Shown piece by piece: positions 10,601 through 21,860 of a DNA stretch of 64,000 nt. The notes beneath the pieces were generated by a model, which ran no database searches, was not told where the DNA came from, and saw nothing but the letters and a program-made list of their open reading frames with translations. This DNA comes from a virus. How positions within the stretch are numbered: the stretch's first letter is position 1; each line of letters begins with the position of its first letter. The translations under genes and the position numbers were made by a program. The stretch lies in IMG/VR virus record IMGVR_UViG_3300031963_000075, positions 15,695 through 79,694 of that record; one strand, 5' to 3'.

Positions 10601-11044
10601 TTAGATTAATTCGGGATAAAAATAATTAAAATTTTTGCCTGAAAAAATGTCAGTCAGGTCACTGAGTATACTTTTCAAGTTTGGTCTAAGGTCCACAGTA
10701 TATCTAACCTTTGGGGGGTACAATTTAGCGTTAAAGGTTCTCTGACAAATTGTCATATCTCCAACCTTTATAAACAAATTAAAGTTTTCTTCACCCTCTG
10801 TGATAGATGTGTTTAGAACTTCAGGGTTTTCTGTAATTTCATACTGATTGTCCATCATGTAAACAACTGTTCTCATTTTTAAATCATACTGTAGTTTGTT
10901 ACAAAAACTTCTAATGTAGTTGTACAATTCTTCTGATTTAGATGCACTTCTATTAAACCCCTTAACATTGAAGAATCTTTGTACTACAATGTTGTCGTTA
11001 CATTTCAACAAAAACTCTACTTTTGTTACTTCTTGATCTCTCAT
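10601..11044 (-). CDS. Hypothetical protein in replication operon
   Basis: 147-aa ORF tightly packed between exonuclease and helicase. Confidence 0.7.
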   Translation of the reverse strand: MRDQEVTKVEFLLKCNDNIVVQRFFNVKGFNRSASKSEELYNYIRSFCNKLQYDLKMRTVVYMMDNQYEITENPEVLNTSITEGEENFNLFIKVGDMTICQRTFNAKLYPPKVRYTVDLRPNLKSILSDLTDIFSGKNFNYFYPELI

Positions 11045-11056
11045 AAATTTTGTTTT

Positions 11057-12064
11057 TTACTTTTTGTTTCTAAATTTTGTTTTTTCTTTTCTAGAAAGTT
11101 TTAAAAATGGTTTCAAAAAATTTACCCACGCTTCATCACCTTTTGGTAAAAATTTAAAGAATCCGTCTTCCATCATCATTCTAATTAAGTTTCGGTGTCC
11201 TCTTCCGTCTGGATCCATTGACTCTGAGTGATACATCCTAACTAACTCTTTTCCTTCCTCAGAAATTAATGGTTCTGATAAATCAACTAACTTCTTATTG
11301 ATGATAAAAAACTCTTCCCCAAATATCCCCTCTTTGGTTTTTCCACTGAGTAGATTTTTCAAAGCGACATTATCTTTTTGTTCTTTGAGTAATTGTTCAC
11401 CTTTTGATAAAATATCGTTAAATGAAACTTCTTTTTCAAGGATTTCAGGAAATAATTTAATAAATGTTTTTTCTCCTAAATAATAAATCCCATCGATGTT
11501 ATCTGAACTATCACCTGTAAGAATTTTGTATGTTTTAATATTATAATGTGGAATTTCAGCATCGTATAATTTGATGTTGTCCCCATTAACATAATATTTT
11601 TTTTGTTGTGGTGAATATATTTTTACTTTCTCTGAAATGAGCTGTGTTAAATCTCTATCAGACGAAAATATTGTTTTTTCCTCATCTTCAGATATCTGAC
11701 AATAATACGCAATTAAATCGTCGGCTTCTGAATTTGGAAATTCGACTTGTCTAACAAACATCTCTTCAAGATATTGTTTAACTCTGACTTTTTGATTTGA
11801 AAAAGACTCTTCTTTAAATTCGTTTTCAGATGACTTTCTATTAAGTTTGTATTTGGGATAGAGTAATCTTCTCTGCGAAGAACTAGTTTCACTATCCCAA
11901 AATACAACTACCTTATTGAAATTTGTTTCCTCTAAAAATCTTCTTAACGTGTTAAGAAAGTGCCAAGTACCACCGACGTGTTCTCCTTTGTGGAAAAAAT
12001 CCCTAACTCCATGAAATCCGATTTTTAATAAGTTGTTTCCGTCAACTAATAATGTTTTAGTCAT
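11057..12064 (-). CDS. 5'-3' exonuclease / flap endonuclease (T4 RNase H / PolI N-terminal-like)
   Basis: LLVDGNNL, YKLNR, EADDLIA, SSDRDLTQL, GDSSDNIDG motifs. Confidence 0.9.
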   Translation of the reverse strand: MTKTLLVDGNNLLKIGFHGVRDFFHKGEHVGGTWHFLNTLRRFLEETNFNKVVVFWDSETSSSQRRLLYPKYKLNRKSSENEFKEESFSNQKVRVKQYLEEMFVRQVEFPNSEADDLIAYYCQISEDEEKTIFSSDRDLTQLISEKVKIYSPQQKKYYVNGDNIKLYDAEIPHYNIKTYKILTGDSSDNIDGIYYLGEKTFIKLFPEILEKEVSFNDILSKGEQLLKEQKDNVALKNLLSGKTKEGIFGEEFFIINKKLVDLSEPLISEEGKELVRMYHSESMDPDGRGHRNLIRMMMEDGFFKFLPKGDEAWVNFLKPFLKLSRKEKTKFRNKK

Positions 12065-12084
12065 TTGACTAATTTAAAAGGTTC

Positions 12085-13092
12085 TTACTCTACTTCTTCT
12101 TTTTCTGTTTTCAAATCAAAATCACCTTCAACTCCGATAATCGTTTTCCAATAATCGGCATATTCTTTTTTGTAATTTTCAATCGATGCCTTTTCTTCTG
12201 TCGTATCTTTGCCAGGTAAAAATCCGTGTGGTGTTACTATAATTTTACCATCTTCAAATCCAAGTCCATTGATGTGGTTTTTCATGACAGATACTTTTGT
12301 TCTTGAAGCGAACTTAACAGTTCTCTTGTCTTTGGTTGCAGTAATCTTTGTTGTTCCCGCACCTTTTTGATTACCAAACAAGAACACTAAAGACGAATTT
12401 AACCAAACCGCTTCACCACCTTTTGCTTTAATTTTTGGTTGTCCAAAAGGATTGTCAGGTAATTCAACCCAAGGCTGATTAACAATGATTAATGTGTTTT
12501 CGAACTTTGATTCTGACTTTCTTGACCCTGAAATTCTTTGGTTGATTCCCATACCGATTTTATCGGCAAGAACTGAAGCATTGTGTTGTTTACCACCTTT
12601 ACCTTCATATGTCATTTTACAAGGAACAGAACCTACTGAGTCCCATAGAAAACATAAATCATATTCCAACTCACCCTTTTCTTGTGCGTCTAACATATCA
12701 TTGATAAAATCTGTAATCTGTTCGATATAATCAAAGTTGTTGTTAAAAATGTAAAACCCGTCCCAATCAAGTTCTCCTGTTTCTTCGTCTACTACTTCCT
12801 CACACTGAAACCCCATTAACTTCGCGTGTTCAAAACTCCACTTTTGTTCTGTAATAATGAATACAGGTAGTATTCCTTTCTTTTGAGCATCAACCGCAGT
12901 TTTTACAAGTGCGGTAGTTTTACCTGTATCAGAGTGACCTAAGAACATATTAATGTGTCCAATAGCAGGACCTGGAAGTCCAACCGCATCTAAAAAAGAT
13001 TGTCCTAAATCAAAGAATCTTTGTGGTTTGTATTTTGCTGAAGTTGAGAATTTTTTCTTCAGTGAACTAAAATCATTTTTTTTAATTGCCAT
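12085..13092 (-). CDS. RecA/UvsX-like recombinase
   Basis: Walker A GHSDTGKTT, Walker B LWDSVG, IIVNQ, KGGEA. Confidence 0.85.
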   Translation of the reverse strand: MAIKKNDFSSLKKKFSTSAKYKPQRFFDLGQSFLDAVGLPGPAIGHINMFLGHSDTGKTTALVKTAVDAQKKGILPVFIITEQKWSFEHAKLMGFQCEEVVDEETGELDWDGFYIFNNNFDYIEQITDFINDMLDAQEKGELEYDLCFLWDSVGSVPCKMTYEGKGGKQHNASVLADKIGMGINQRISGSRKSESKFENTLIIVNQPWVELPDNPFGQPKIKAKGGEAVWLNSSLVFLFGNQKGAGTTKITATKDKRTVKFASRTKVSVMKNHINGLGFEDGKIIVTPHGFLPGKDTTEEKASIENYKKEYADYWKTIIGVEGDFDLKTEKEEVE

Positions 13093-13111
13093 ATTTTTTA
13101 TTAAAAAATAG

Positions 13112-13144
13112 AAAAAAACACCGACATTGTAAATCGGTGTTTTT
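13112..13144 (-). terminator. Intrinsic terminator after SSB gene
   Basis: Sense AAAAACACCGA-TTTACAATG-TCGGTGTTTTTTT. Confidence 0.75.
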
Positions 13145-13157
13145 GTGTTTGTGAATA

Positions 13158-14018
13158 TTAAAATGGTAACTCTTCGTCGATGTCATCATTAGCTTGAGGG
13201 TCTTCTACTTTCTTTGATTCACTTTTAGAACCTCCCATAGAAATTTCACCTTCTTCAGAATTTGAGTATACATAACCTCCTTTATCTGAATCCCATCTTG
13301 GTGTTTCTCCTCGCGCAATCGCCTCAAGGTATTCAGTTGGCTTTTTAGAATATACATCCTCCCAAGTCAACTCGTCAGATAACCATTCAGACATTACTTC
13401 TTCATCTTCGTGGATTGGTGTTGGGTCATCATACATAACTGTTTGAATCACAGTGTAAAAAGCCCCTTTTGGTGTTTTTGCCTTTGTAAGTTCAAGGATT
13501 AAATCTCTTCCTTTATCAGCGTCGGCAACGTCTCCTTTTGCTTTATAGATTGGTATGATTTTATCAAAAATCCCTTCTTGTTTGTAATTGTGTTTAAATC
13601 TCCAAAACTTAGGTCCGTCTTGTTCGTTATCACGATCGATTACTTTAACAATATAAAACTTACGTGGTTTGTATTGTTTTGCAAGTTCTTTATCAGAATC
13701 TCTACCTGTTGACATAAGCTCATCATGTACTTCATTAAGTGGAGAACGTTCGTTATCATTCTTTCCTGGATCGTAGAACTTTTGCCATTTTCCATCAACT
13801 AAAATTTCATGAAACCATACTTCTTTGAATGGTGATGAACCGTCTGTGGTAGGGAGGATTCGGATTCTTTTTTGTCCTTGTTTTTCGCTTTCTTTAAGGA
13901 TAGCCGCGAAATATTTTTTCATTCTTTCTTCTTGTGACATTTTTGAAGTGGAAGAAGAACCACTTTGTTTTGAACTTTCGTACTGAGCCAAAACCGCATC
14001 TAAGACATTTGTCGCCAT
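13158..14018 (-). CDS. Single-stranded DNA-binding protein (gp32-like)
   Basis: RIRILP..PFKEVWFH, acidic C-terminal tail ending DDIDEELPF; upstream of recA. Confidence 0.8.
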   Translation of the reverse strand: MATNVLDAVLAQYESSKQSGSSSTSKMSQEERMKKYFAAILKESEKQGQKRIRILPTTDGSSPFKEVWFHEILVDGKWQKFYDPGKNDNERSPLNEVHDELMSTGRDSDKELAKQYKPRKFYIVKVIDRDNEQDGPKFWRFKHNYKQEGIFDKIIPIYKAKGDVADADKGRDLILELTKAKTPKGAFYTVIQTVMYDDPTPIHEDEEVMSEWLSDELTWEDVYSKKPTEYLEAIARGETPRWDSDKGGYVYSNSEEGEISMGGSKSESKKVEDPQANDDIDEELPF

Positions 14019-14049
14019 ATATTTGTGTTATTAAAAGTTTACAAGTTAA

Positions 14050-14078
14050 AATATAAATTATAAAAGTGTCGCAGTCAA
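14050..14078 (-). promoter_or_regulatory. Putative early/middle promoter for the replication operon
   Basis: Sense TTGACT-N17-TATATT(TT); same architecture upstream of the DNA polymerase. Confidence 0.6.
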
Positions 14079-14094
14079 TATAGTTGTTAAAATT

Positions 14095-14124
14095 TTTGAA
14101 AGGGACATCCTTGTCCCTTTCAAA
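14095..14124. terminator. Perfect 13-bp inverted repeat separating structural from replication genes
   Basis: TTTGAAAGGGACA-TCCT-TGTCCCTTTCAAA immediately after the stop of 14125..14814. Confidence 0.7.
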
Positions 14125-14814
14125 TTAGTATTCTTCGTCTAAATATTCATTAAATGAATCCTCAATTTGTCCAGAGGAAAAATCTTTAACTTCGTCGGAA
14201 GTTAACACATATTCATTTTTTCCCGATTTTTCCATCTCTTCTTGTTTATCAACAAAAAAATCGGATAGTTTTTGTTTGAAAGGACCTGAATCTAAACTTC
14301 GTAACTCTAATTTTTCTTGAGGTGTTTTTGGTTTATACCTTTCTACTTTATCTTCTATCGAGGTAAGTTTAGATGCAATTCCATCCATTTCTTTTAGTTT
14401 TGCATCTAAAGTTTCTAATTGTTTAAATAGATTTTGAAAATATTCCTCTTGTTTAGTTTCTATGTTTTTTTGAGCCGTAACTAAATCTGTGATGTCTAAT
14501 TCTTCATCCTCTTCTTCTTTACCTACTTCTTCGACATCAGGGTCGGTACTTACATCAACAGGGGCAGCTTCTGTTCCTCCTGCTGGTGGTGCTCCTCCTT
14601 CTGGTGCTCCTGCTGGTGGTGCTCCTGCTGGTGGTGCTCCTGCAGCCATTGGGTCACCTCCCGCCATTGGATCTCCTCCTGCTAACGGGTCTCCACCCGC
14701 TAACGGATCTGCCGGTGGTGCTCCACCCGCTAATGGGTCTTCTTGTTCATTTATATAATTATTAATACTCCTGTATCTATTAATCTCCTCTAATATTTTT
14801 CTATCAATATTCAT
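14125..14814 (-). CDS. Acidic Pro/Gly/Ala-rich coiled-coil protein (possible head core/scaffold-type protein)
   Basis: DPLAGG/APPAG repeats, acidic stretch, coiled coil, ILEE/INEQ motifs. Confidence 0.55.
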   Translation of the reverse strand: MNIDRKILEEINRYRSINNYINEQEDPLAGGAPPADPLAGGDPLAGGDPMAGGDPMAAGAPPAGAPPAGAPEGGAPPAGGTEAAPVDVSTDPDVEEVGKEEEDEELDITDLVTAQKNIETKQEEYFQNLFKQLETLDAKLKEMDGIASKLTSIEDKVERYKPKTPQEKLELRSLDSGPFKQKLSDFFVDKQEEMEKSGKNEYVLTSDEVKDFSSGQIEDSFNEYLDEEY

Positions 14815-14817
14815 ATA

Positions 14818-15045
14818 TTAACCATTTAATAATGTTTTTATTCCTGATTTTGTTTCTACCTGAATTTTTTTGAATTTGTTCATAGTGTTATCTACTCTTT
14901 CTATCAAACCATCTTTCATTCTTATTGTATAACAATCACCAGTATCTAAGTCACAAACTTCTTTGAATCCGTTACCTGTATCTTTTTCAGACATTCTTGT
15001 ATTTTTACCAAGAAAATTATCCAATATTAATTTTGTATTACTCAT
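14818..15045 (-). CDS. Hypothetical protein (75 aa)
   Basis: ORF with TATTTAT motif upstream; VCDLDTGDC. Confidence 0.7.
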   Translation of the reverse strand: MSNTKLILDNFLGKNTRMSEKDTGNGFKEVCDLDTGDCYTIRMKDGLIERVDNTMNKFKKIQVETKSGIKTLLNG

Positions 15046-15092
15046 AATTCTTTTATTAATAAATATAATGAATTCTATAAATGTTCAACTTA

Positions 15093-18000
15093 TTAACTAC
15101 TCAAGTTAATTGTTTTGGCTAATGATAAACAATTTTCCACTTCTTTAATTAAATTTGTTTTATCTAAAGGTTGTAATTGACTATATACATTATCATTAAC
15201 TAAGTTTGGCCATTGGGTTATATATGTTTTTGCTAAATAATCAATTAATACGGTTGATGGATTTAATAAATCATTTGTTGTTAAATTAGATAATATATTG
15301 TCACCTCCACTTCTTACTAAAGCGATAAATCTATTAGCAATTACATACATAGGGTCTTTTACATCAGTAAAATATCCAACAGGAACGTTCTGTTTACCAC
15401 CCATGTTTTGACAGAAATGATGTTTTGTTTTATCCATTATAAATTTATCAGAATCAGCTGAATAAGATACGTTCAATTGGAGGTTACCAAAATTTGATGC
15501 GTTTATTTTGAACGTTGTTCCGTCGTAATTTGAAATATATCCTACAAGGAATGTCAAATATCTCAATGTTACTTTTTGATTCTGAGTAAGTGTTGATGAT
15601 GTTGGTAACAAATTAACAGTTGTTTTGATATCAGTGGCAATTTGGGTATCACTTAATCCAGATGTCGCTGTTGATGCACTATATGATAGTGCTCGGAATG
15701 GTGATGCTAAATCTTGGGAACAAGAATCCGGTCCAGGCGTATTCGGTCCGTTTACTTCATTCATTTTTGTTGATTGTTCTCCAATAATATTAGTTGATAT
15801 ATTAGCTTCCGTTTCTGTTTTTGCTTTGGTTAATAATGGTGTTACAAAATTCTTATAAATTGTTTGTAAATAAGAATCTTGTGTTGATATTTCATATACA
15901 GGTTGTCTTGTTCCTGAAAAGCTAGTAGAGAATGTACCAGCGTTAATTCTATGAGAAACCTTTGTTATTTGATAAGGACCTGAAAACAATGGTACATTTC
16001 TTAAATTGAAATACATTTTTGGTTGCATCAATGCATTACCTATCATTGTTACATCACAAGTGTAAACTCTGTATTTGTAAAAGTTGTACATTGATTGACT
16101 TTGAGGTGTTGCATTAATACCTCCACCTTGATTTGCAGTATAGTTTGCTAATCTTATTTCTTCTGCAGTTTTTTGACCTGAATTCATATTAACAGAAAAG
16201 GAAGTAAAAATTCCTTGATTTTGTCTACCTATATCCAAATTAAAAGCAACTAATTTATTAGATTTACCCCAATCTTGTTTTTTACTTTGGTCTTCAACTA
16301 AAGGATTTTCAGATTGTCTGTTCAATTGGAAAACGTCATTTCTAAAATCACTATTTGGGATATCCAAATTTTTACTTGCTTCGTTTGCGAAAGTACACAC
16401 CATTTTTGTTTTTGACTTTCTATAATCCACATTTAAAAAAGTTCCAAATAAATCATTCGCTACCGATGTTGAACCTTGATTTGATGGGTTAGGTCTAACT
16501 GTAACATCATTAACGTCATAATAATTGACATATCCTGCGTGTTCTTCAATATTAAACCCACTACTTTGAATTAACTCTCTTAATATCAAACCAAGTTGTC
16601 TATCTGGAGTGTTAAGTACGGAATTTTCTAATTTATCTTTCCATAAGATGACATCACAATAAACTTCACTACTTATATTTCTTGATGCTCTATCTAAGAA
16701 AAGAAAATCTTCAAATAATGTAAATTCTTTATAATCATTACCTGATATCCATTTATCATTCATTGCCTTTAATTTTTCCCAAATTTCAATTCTACCAATA
16801 TCCCCTGTATAATTTGCCTTTTTTGGTTGTGGTGTGATGACAGTATTTGGTAAATTTTTAAGGACTTCTTCCATCAAAGTATTAATAATGTCATCTTTGA
16901 ATAGGTTGTTAGTTTCTATTATGTTTGTGAGAATTTGTCTAAATTTAAATTCGTCTAATGTGTTGTCTTCAAGTTTTTGAGTAGCATAAATTTTAACTAA
17001 TGGGGCAAAGTCTTTAATATTGTCCACAGTAAAAGCAATATCCAAATCAATAAAAAAATCAGTTATGAAAGAACCATTATCAGTATAAACTAAATTTGGT
17101 ATTGACGAATAACCAACATATGTTTCCAAAGCCCTCCACTCGTCTGAATAAAAATTTTGTGATTGTGCTAAAGTTGTTGTACCACCCAAATATGGTAATG
17201 CGTATGGGGTACTTAAGTTATAGGATACAGGATTTAATTTATCAACCAAAGGGGATGATGAAAGACTGTAAAATGTCTTTTTATTATAAAAAGACGGATT
17301 TCCATTATTAAACATTATATCATAATTCATAAACTTGTTTAATAAACTATAAACATTATCTAATTGGGTTAATTTAATTTTCGATAACGCTTCATCACTA
17401 ACACTTTCGTTAATAAAATCTTCACCAGGTATTCTGAACAATTCAGTTGCTAACAATTGGAAATTTCTGTATTTAATTAGAATATCGTCTTCAGACGCTG
17501 GATTTGTTTCAGGTGTTTTTAAAATATTTGTATAGTCATATTTAGATTTTGAGAAGTTTAAGAAGTGTTCCTCAAATAAATCTAATACTTGTCTTTCAAA
17601 CACAGAAAACACTTCTTCAATACTCGTATATATATCTCTTGTCGATAGGACAAAAGGCCCAAAATTTACGTTACCATTTGTATCCCCGTTTATTGAGAAA
17701 TTTTCTTGATTTTTTGATGTTTTTAAAACTGTTTTCAAGTACTCATTTGGTGAATTAATTGCCAATCTATTGTTATCAAAATATCCATAATTTGGGAGTG
17801 ACCAAAAAGCTCTTACCGAACCATTGAATACCGCAGGGTTATCTTTTACTTCAGTTTTTAATTTTTGTTGTCCATCAGGACCTTTAAAACACTCATATTT
17901 TGTTTGATTAAAACTACTACCAAAAGACGGTGTTATAAAATAATCTTCACTTTTATCATCTTTTACTAAAGTTGATAGTGTAGAAATATTCATAGCTCTG

Positions 18001-21000
18001 TTTTGGTCGGATGGGTCAAAACCAAAATCATAATTCAAAAGTGAACTTTCTGAAAGATTAATATATAGTTTTCCATTATCAATTTGTTCTTGAATTTCAC
18101 TATCCGTATATGTATCAAAAATTGTCAGTCCGTTAAAGAACAAATTAAAGTCATCAACAAGTTTAGGATAAAACCCCAAATTCATTTGTGTACCTGTAAG
18201 AAACCCAGAAACGATATCTCTTTGTAATGAAATATCAACAGGGTCTGTTGTTATATTTGTAAAACCACTTAACGTATATACTTTTGAGATATCTTGTGTG
18301 ATTGGGTCGTAATTTTCAGCGTAATTAAAATTATCCCAAGGAATCGTCATGTAATCAAATCCTGTCTCTACCCAACTTTTATATCTATTCCAAATTGAAC
18401 CGTATTTGAGAACCCAAGCATATGGTAGTTTATGTACTGAACCAAATTTTTTAAATGTTGCAAACATATAATCTAAATCAGTACTTACAGTATTACTATA
18501 CGTTTTATATTTTTCTCTTAAAGTTGTTAATGGTAAAGAGTTTAAGAAAAGGTAAGCTGCTTCTCTAAATGGGTACTGATTGAATTCTCTAAAATTTTGT
18601 ACCCCTTTTATTATTGAATTAACAAAATATGGAGTATTTAACATGGATGTTGTTTGTTCTCCAATCAATTGATTGTCATATTCTATATAATTGATATTAC
18701 CTTCTGTTATATGTTGTTTATCAAAGTTTTTTGATTTATCCTCATAGTAAGCTTTTAGAGTTTCCTTATTTGTTATCTCAATTGATGGGTCATTTACGTT
18801 TGTTTGATAAAAATATGTAAAAGGTCTTACAAAAAAAGAATCACTCGCATCTGTAAAATTTGCGGTTTGTACAATTTTGGTGTTATAAAAAATGGTTTTT
18901 GTTGTATTGAAAGCTAAATTAGTATCTCCACTTATTGTTGCGGAATCTGCTAAACTTTCATTAACCCAATCTTCATTCACATATGGATAAATGTCTGTTT
19001 GGTCAAAACCATTATTCTTTGTTGACTCTAAAAAATTTATTACATTTTCACTTGTTCCAATTAAATCTTGTTTTATAGGATCAAATGAAGAAATATAATA
19101 CGGAGTTTCAGTCACACTTTGTAAATATGGTGTATTGTATATACCTCTACTAAAGTTTTGCCAACTTTCACCAGCACCATCATTAGATATGTGTCTTAAA
19201 ATTAATTCAAAATTTTTAGCGTTAAAATTGTAATTTTTAAGTATCTGTATTAAAAATGGATTATCTGTTTTGAGTGCATTTTTGATATTTTGTGCTTCCA
19301 TATCAATTAACACTTTGTATACACTGTTATCCCTACTTCCAAATCTGTTTAATTTAGAATAAAATGCGTAAGTAATAACTCTTTCGTATATTTCATATAT
19401 AAATTTAACATCTTCTAAGCTTGAGTATATCGTATAAGTAAGTGGATATTCTACCGTATTTAGAGACGTGAATGGTAAATTTTGTGTTTGATTTTGAGTT
19501 ATAACAAAATTTGCTGGCGTATTTCTTAATATAAACCCATTCAAATATTCTTCCACAAACTCAACTTCCGGCCAAATTGTATAATCATTAGAACCTGTTT
19601 CTGTTGGGTAATCGCCTGGATATTTTACCTGATAACTTGTTTTAGTAGGGTTTGATGTATCCTCAACAATAAATTGAGGCCATGGATAAACAGGAGAAGT
19701 TGCCCTTGATATTTTAGGTCTATCAACAGATGCACTATTTGACACACTTTCCAATATCACTCTTCTTCTTGTTGGGTCATCTCTTTTGTTCCACGCACTT
19801 TTATGTACATCATCCATAAGTCTCAGAAAAGCTTCAGCATTTGCCAATATTATACCAACCATATTATTTATAGTAGGTTTAAATCCTAAATTTAATTCTA
19901 AGGTTTCCTTTAATGATTCAGTAAGCGCACTTTCAATTTCTGTTTTTTTTGTTTTAAGTGCTGTTTCTAAATCACTTATCTTTTCTAAAAATGATTTATT
20001 ACCTTGACTAATACCTTCAAATATAAAATAATCGTTTGTTGGTAATTCAGTTGTTTTTACATTATTTTTGAATTCTACTAAGATAGGGTCTGTATCCCCT
20101 GAAGGGGTTGCATTATATCTCAATTGATACGATTTTTGATAATCTATTGGGTCAGCAGCAACCAACTTACTATCAATTTTATCAAAATAAAAATCTTCGA
20201 ATTTTATATCTACAGGTATTACAGAATCTGTCTTAACGTTTGCTATTGTATAACTTTTACTCGAACCTGACGCTCCAAATGTTGGGTTATTACCTAATTT
20301 TTTATTATACTCATCAATAATACCTTTAAGATTATTAATCGCGGTTTCTCTTTTCTTGATATCAGTTTGTATCTCTTTTTTAAAAGGTATATTTTTTATA
20401 TATTTAATACTATTATCTGAAGTGTAAGAACTGAGAAATAGAGAGTTTGGCTCATATAAGTTTGTTTTTAACCATGAATCGTCATTTCGATAAATCTTAT
20501 CTTTGTAAGATGTAATGTCATTTAAAAAAACTTCACAGTTAGTTAAAGCACTAAGAGATTCTTGATTTTGATAACTATTCAAAATATCCGTTATAAATGT
20601 TTTCAACTTTTCTTTAAATTGATAAACGGTATATTCAGGTAAATTTTCATCTACAAGTTTTTTGTTCTTATATTCTTTGAAAACTTCTCTAATTTTTTGA
20701 TATCCCTTTGTTAATTTTGCGGTTTGTCCTTCGTTTACATCTGTTACTTGTCCTGGTGTTGAGGTTACAACAGTATTAGCCTCATACATATGAGGTAACG
20801 CTAAACAATCTGAAAGTTTAATTTCATTCAAAACTGAAAAAATATAAGGATCAAATTTTAATTCAATTTCAAAATTTCCCGAATCTGCATCAAAAGAACT
20901 CTTGAAATCTGTTAACTGTAATTTATATTGAACTGCTTTACCATAGTATCCTTTAATCGTTAATGTAAAAGGTGGATATGGGTATTGGAAAAATACTCCG

Positions 21001-21545
21001 TATGGTGAATTGTCTGCCAACTCAAATAAAGCTCTACCTCTAACATCAATTAAAGAAATTGTTACTTGAGTTTTTAACGATAACTCAGTACTCACGTTTA
21101 TTGACTTAATTCCTAATAAACCAGAGTCAACGACCTGATTTTGACCGTTACTCGTAAAAGTTTGATTCAAATAAAATTGGTCAGAATTTTTTGGGTCTTT
21201 AACTGCATATTGATTTGCTTGATTAACACCTTGACCTTTGAGAGTTCCTTTTCCTGTAAACTCGTCTAAATATGAATTATCATAAAACTTTTTATCACCA
21301 GGATTTAAAAAATTAATTTTTGCAACAGACACTGTTTGTAAATCGTTGTTGTGTGGAACAGCACCAAGAAGAAGTTTTGTTCTAGGTAAAACTTTACATT
21401 CCAAATTAGCATACATGACCATGTTTTCATGTTTGACTAATCTTTCTTTTACATTACCTTCGTTATCTACAATTCTGTTAGGGTCTATTATTATAATATT
21501 TTGGTAATCAAAGTCAACTAAAATATTTTCGTCATTAATCGCCAT
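15093..21545 (-). CDS. Very large baseplate hub protein (gp27/gpD/VgrG-like fold with large insertion)
   Basis: N-terminal LGIKSINV..VTISLIDVRG; C-terminal CDVTMIGNALMQP...GPYQITKVSHRI...FSTSFSGTR typical of hub proteins; follows the LysM/gpX-like gene. Confidence 0.7.
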   Translation of the reverse strand: MAINDENILVDFDYQNIIIIDPNRIVDNEGNVKERLVKHENMVMYANLECKVLPRTKLLLGAVPHNNDLQTVSVAKINFLNPGDKKFYDNSYLDEFTGKGTLKGQGVNQANQYAVKDPKNSDQFYLNQTFTSNGQNQVVDSGLLGIKSINVSTELSLKTQVTISLIDVRGRALFELADNSPYGVFFQYPYPPFTLTIKGYYGKAVQYKLQLTDFKSSFDADSGNFEIELKFDPYIFSVLNEIKLSDCLALPHMYEANTVVTSTPGQVTDVNEGQTAKLTKGYQKIREVFKEYKNKKLVDENLPEYTVYQFKEKLKTFITDILNSYQNQESLSALTNCEVFLNDITSYKDKIYRNDDSWLKTNLYEPNSLFLSSYTSDNSIKYIKNIPFKKEIQTDIKKRETAINNLKGIIDEYNKKLGNNPTFGASGSSKSYTIANVKTDSVIPVDIKFEDFYFDKIDSKLVAADPIDYQKSYQLRYNATPSGDTDPILVEFKNNVKTTELPTNDYFIFEGISQGNKSFLEKISDLETALKTKKTEIESALTESLKETLELNLGFKPTINNMVGIILANAEAFLRLMDDVHKSAWNKRDDPTRRRVILESVSNSASVDRPKISRATSPVYPWPQFIVEDTSNPTKTSYQVKYPGDYPTETGSNDYTIWPEVEFVEEYLNGFILRNTPANFVITQNQTQNLPFTSLNTVEYPLTYTIYSSLEDVKFIYEIYERVITYAFYSKLNRFGSRDNSVYKVLIDMEAQNIKNALKTDNPFLIQILKNYNFNAKNFELILRHISNDGAGESWQNFSRGIYNTPYLQSVTETPYYISSFDPIKQDLIGTSENVINFLESTKNNGFDQTDIYPYVNEDWVNESLADSATISGDTNLAFNTTKTIFYNTKIVQTANFTDASDSFFVRPFTYFYQTNVNDPSIEITNKETLKAYYEDKSKNFDKQHITEGNINYIEYDNQLIGEQTTSMLNTPYFVNSIIKGVQNFREFNQYPFREAAYLFLNSLPLTTLREKYKTYSNTVSTDLDYMFATFKKFGSVHKLPYAWVLKYGSIWNRYKSWVETGFDYMTIPWDNFNYAENYDPITQDISKVYTLSGFTNITTDPVDISLQRDIVSGFLTGTQMNLGFYPKLVDDFNLFFNGLTIFDTYTDSEIQEQIDNGKLYINLSESSLLNYDFGFDPSDQNRAMNISTLSTLVKDDKSEDYFITPSFGSSFNQTKYECFKGPDGQQKLKTEVKDNPAVFNGSVRAFWSLPNYGYFDNNRLAINSPNEYLKTVLKTSKNQENFSINGDTNGNVNFGPFVLSTRDIYTSIEEVFSVFERQVLDLFEEHFLNFSKSKYDYTNILKTPETNPASEDDILIKYRNFQLLATELFRIPGEDFINESVSDEALSKIKLTQLDNVYSLLNKFMNYDIMFNNGNPSFYNKKTFYSLSSSPLVDKLNPVSYNLSTPYALPYLGGTTTLAQSQNFYSDEWRALETYVGYSSIPNLVYTDNGSFITDFFIDLDIAFTVDNIKDFAPLVKIYATQKLEDNTLDEFKFRQILTNIIETNNLFKDDIINTLMEEVLKNLPNTVITPQPKKANYTGDIGRIEIWEKLKAMNDKWISGNDYKEFTLFEDFLFLDRASRNISSEVYCDVILWKDKLENSVLNTPDRQLGLILRELIQSSGFNIEEHAGYVNYYDVNDVTVRPNPSNQGSTSVANDLFGTFLNVDYRKSKTKMVCTFANEASKNLDIPNSDFRNDVFQLNRQSENPLVEDQSKKQDWGKSNKLVAFNLDIGRQNQGIFTSFSVNMNSGQKTAEEIRLANYTANQGGGINATPQSQSMYNFYKYRVYTCDVTMIGNALMQPKMYFNLRNVPLFSGPYQITKVSHRINAGTFSTSFSGTRQPVYEISTQDSYLQTIYKNFVTPLLTKAKTETEANISTNIIGEQSTKMNEVNGPNTPGPDSCSQDLASPFRALSYSASTATSGLSDTQIATDIKTTVNLLPTSSTLTQNQKVTLRYLTFLVGYISNYDGTTFKINASNFGNLQLNVSYSADSDKFIMDKTKHHFCQNMGGKQNVPVGYFTDVKDPMYVIANRFIALVRSGGDNILSNLTTNDLLNPSTVLIDYLAKTYITQWPNLVNDNVYSQLQPLDKTNLIKEVENCLSLAKTINLSS

Positions 21546-21858
21546 AATAAAAATAATAATTATCTATTGAATTTTTATATTCTTGTAATGACGCAATCAA
21601 TGGAAAAGGAACTCTTAAAATAGAACCGTCTGGTATATTCCATTCTTCTCCTCCGAATTGTGGATTGTTCGCCATTATTAACCAACCAAAAAATGGAGTA
21701 CCATAAAATTGTTGTGATATTTTATCCATTCTAGATTGACCGACTTTATAAATATAAGTCTTATCAGATGGTTTTGTATCTAATTTTACAAAAGGAACTG
21801 TTTTTTGTTCCCCATCAATAAGGAATTGATTGTATCTATTATAATATTGGGATGACAT
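21535..21858 (-). CDS. Baseplate LysM-like protein (P2 gpX / T4 gp53-like)
   Basis: YKVGQSRMDKISQQFYGTPFFGWLIMANNP...IPDGSILRVP. Confidence 0.8.
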   Translation of the reverse strand: MSSQYYNRYNQFLIDGEQKTVPFVKLDTKPSDKTYIYKVGQSRMDKISQQFYGTPFFGWLIMANNPQFGGEEWNIPDGSILRVPFPLIASLQEYKNSIDNYYFYYGD

Positions 21859-21860
21859 CT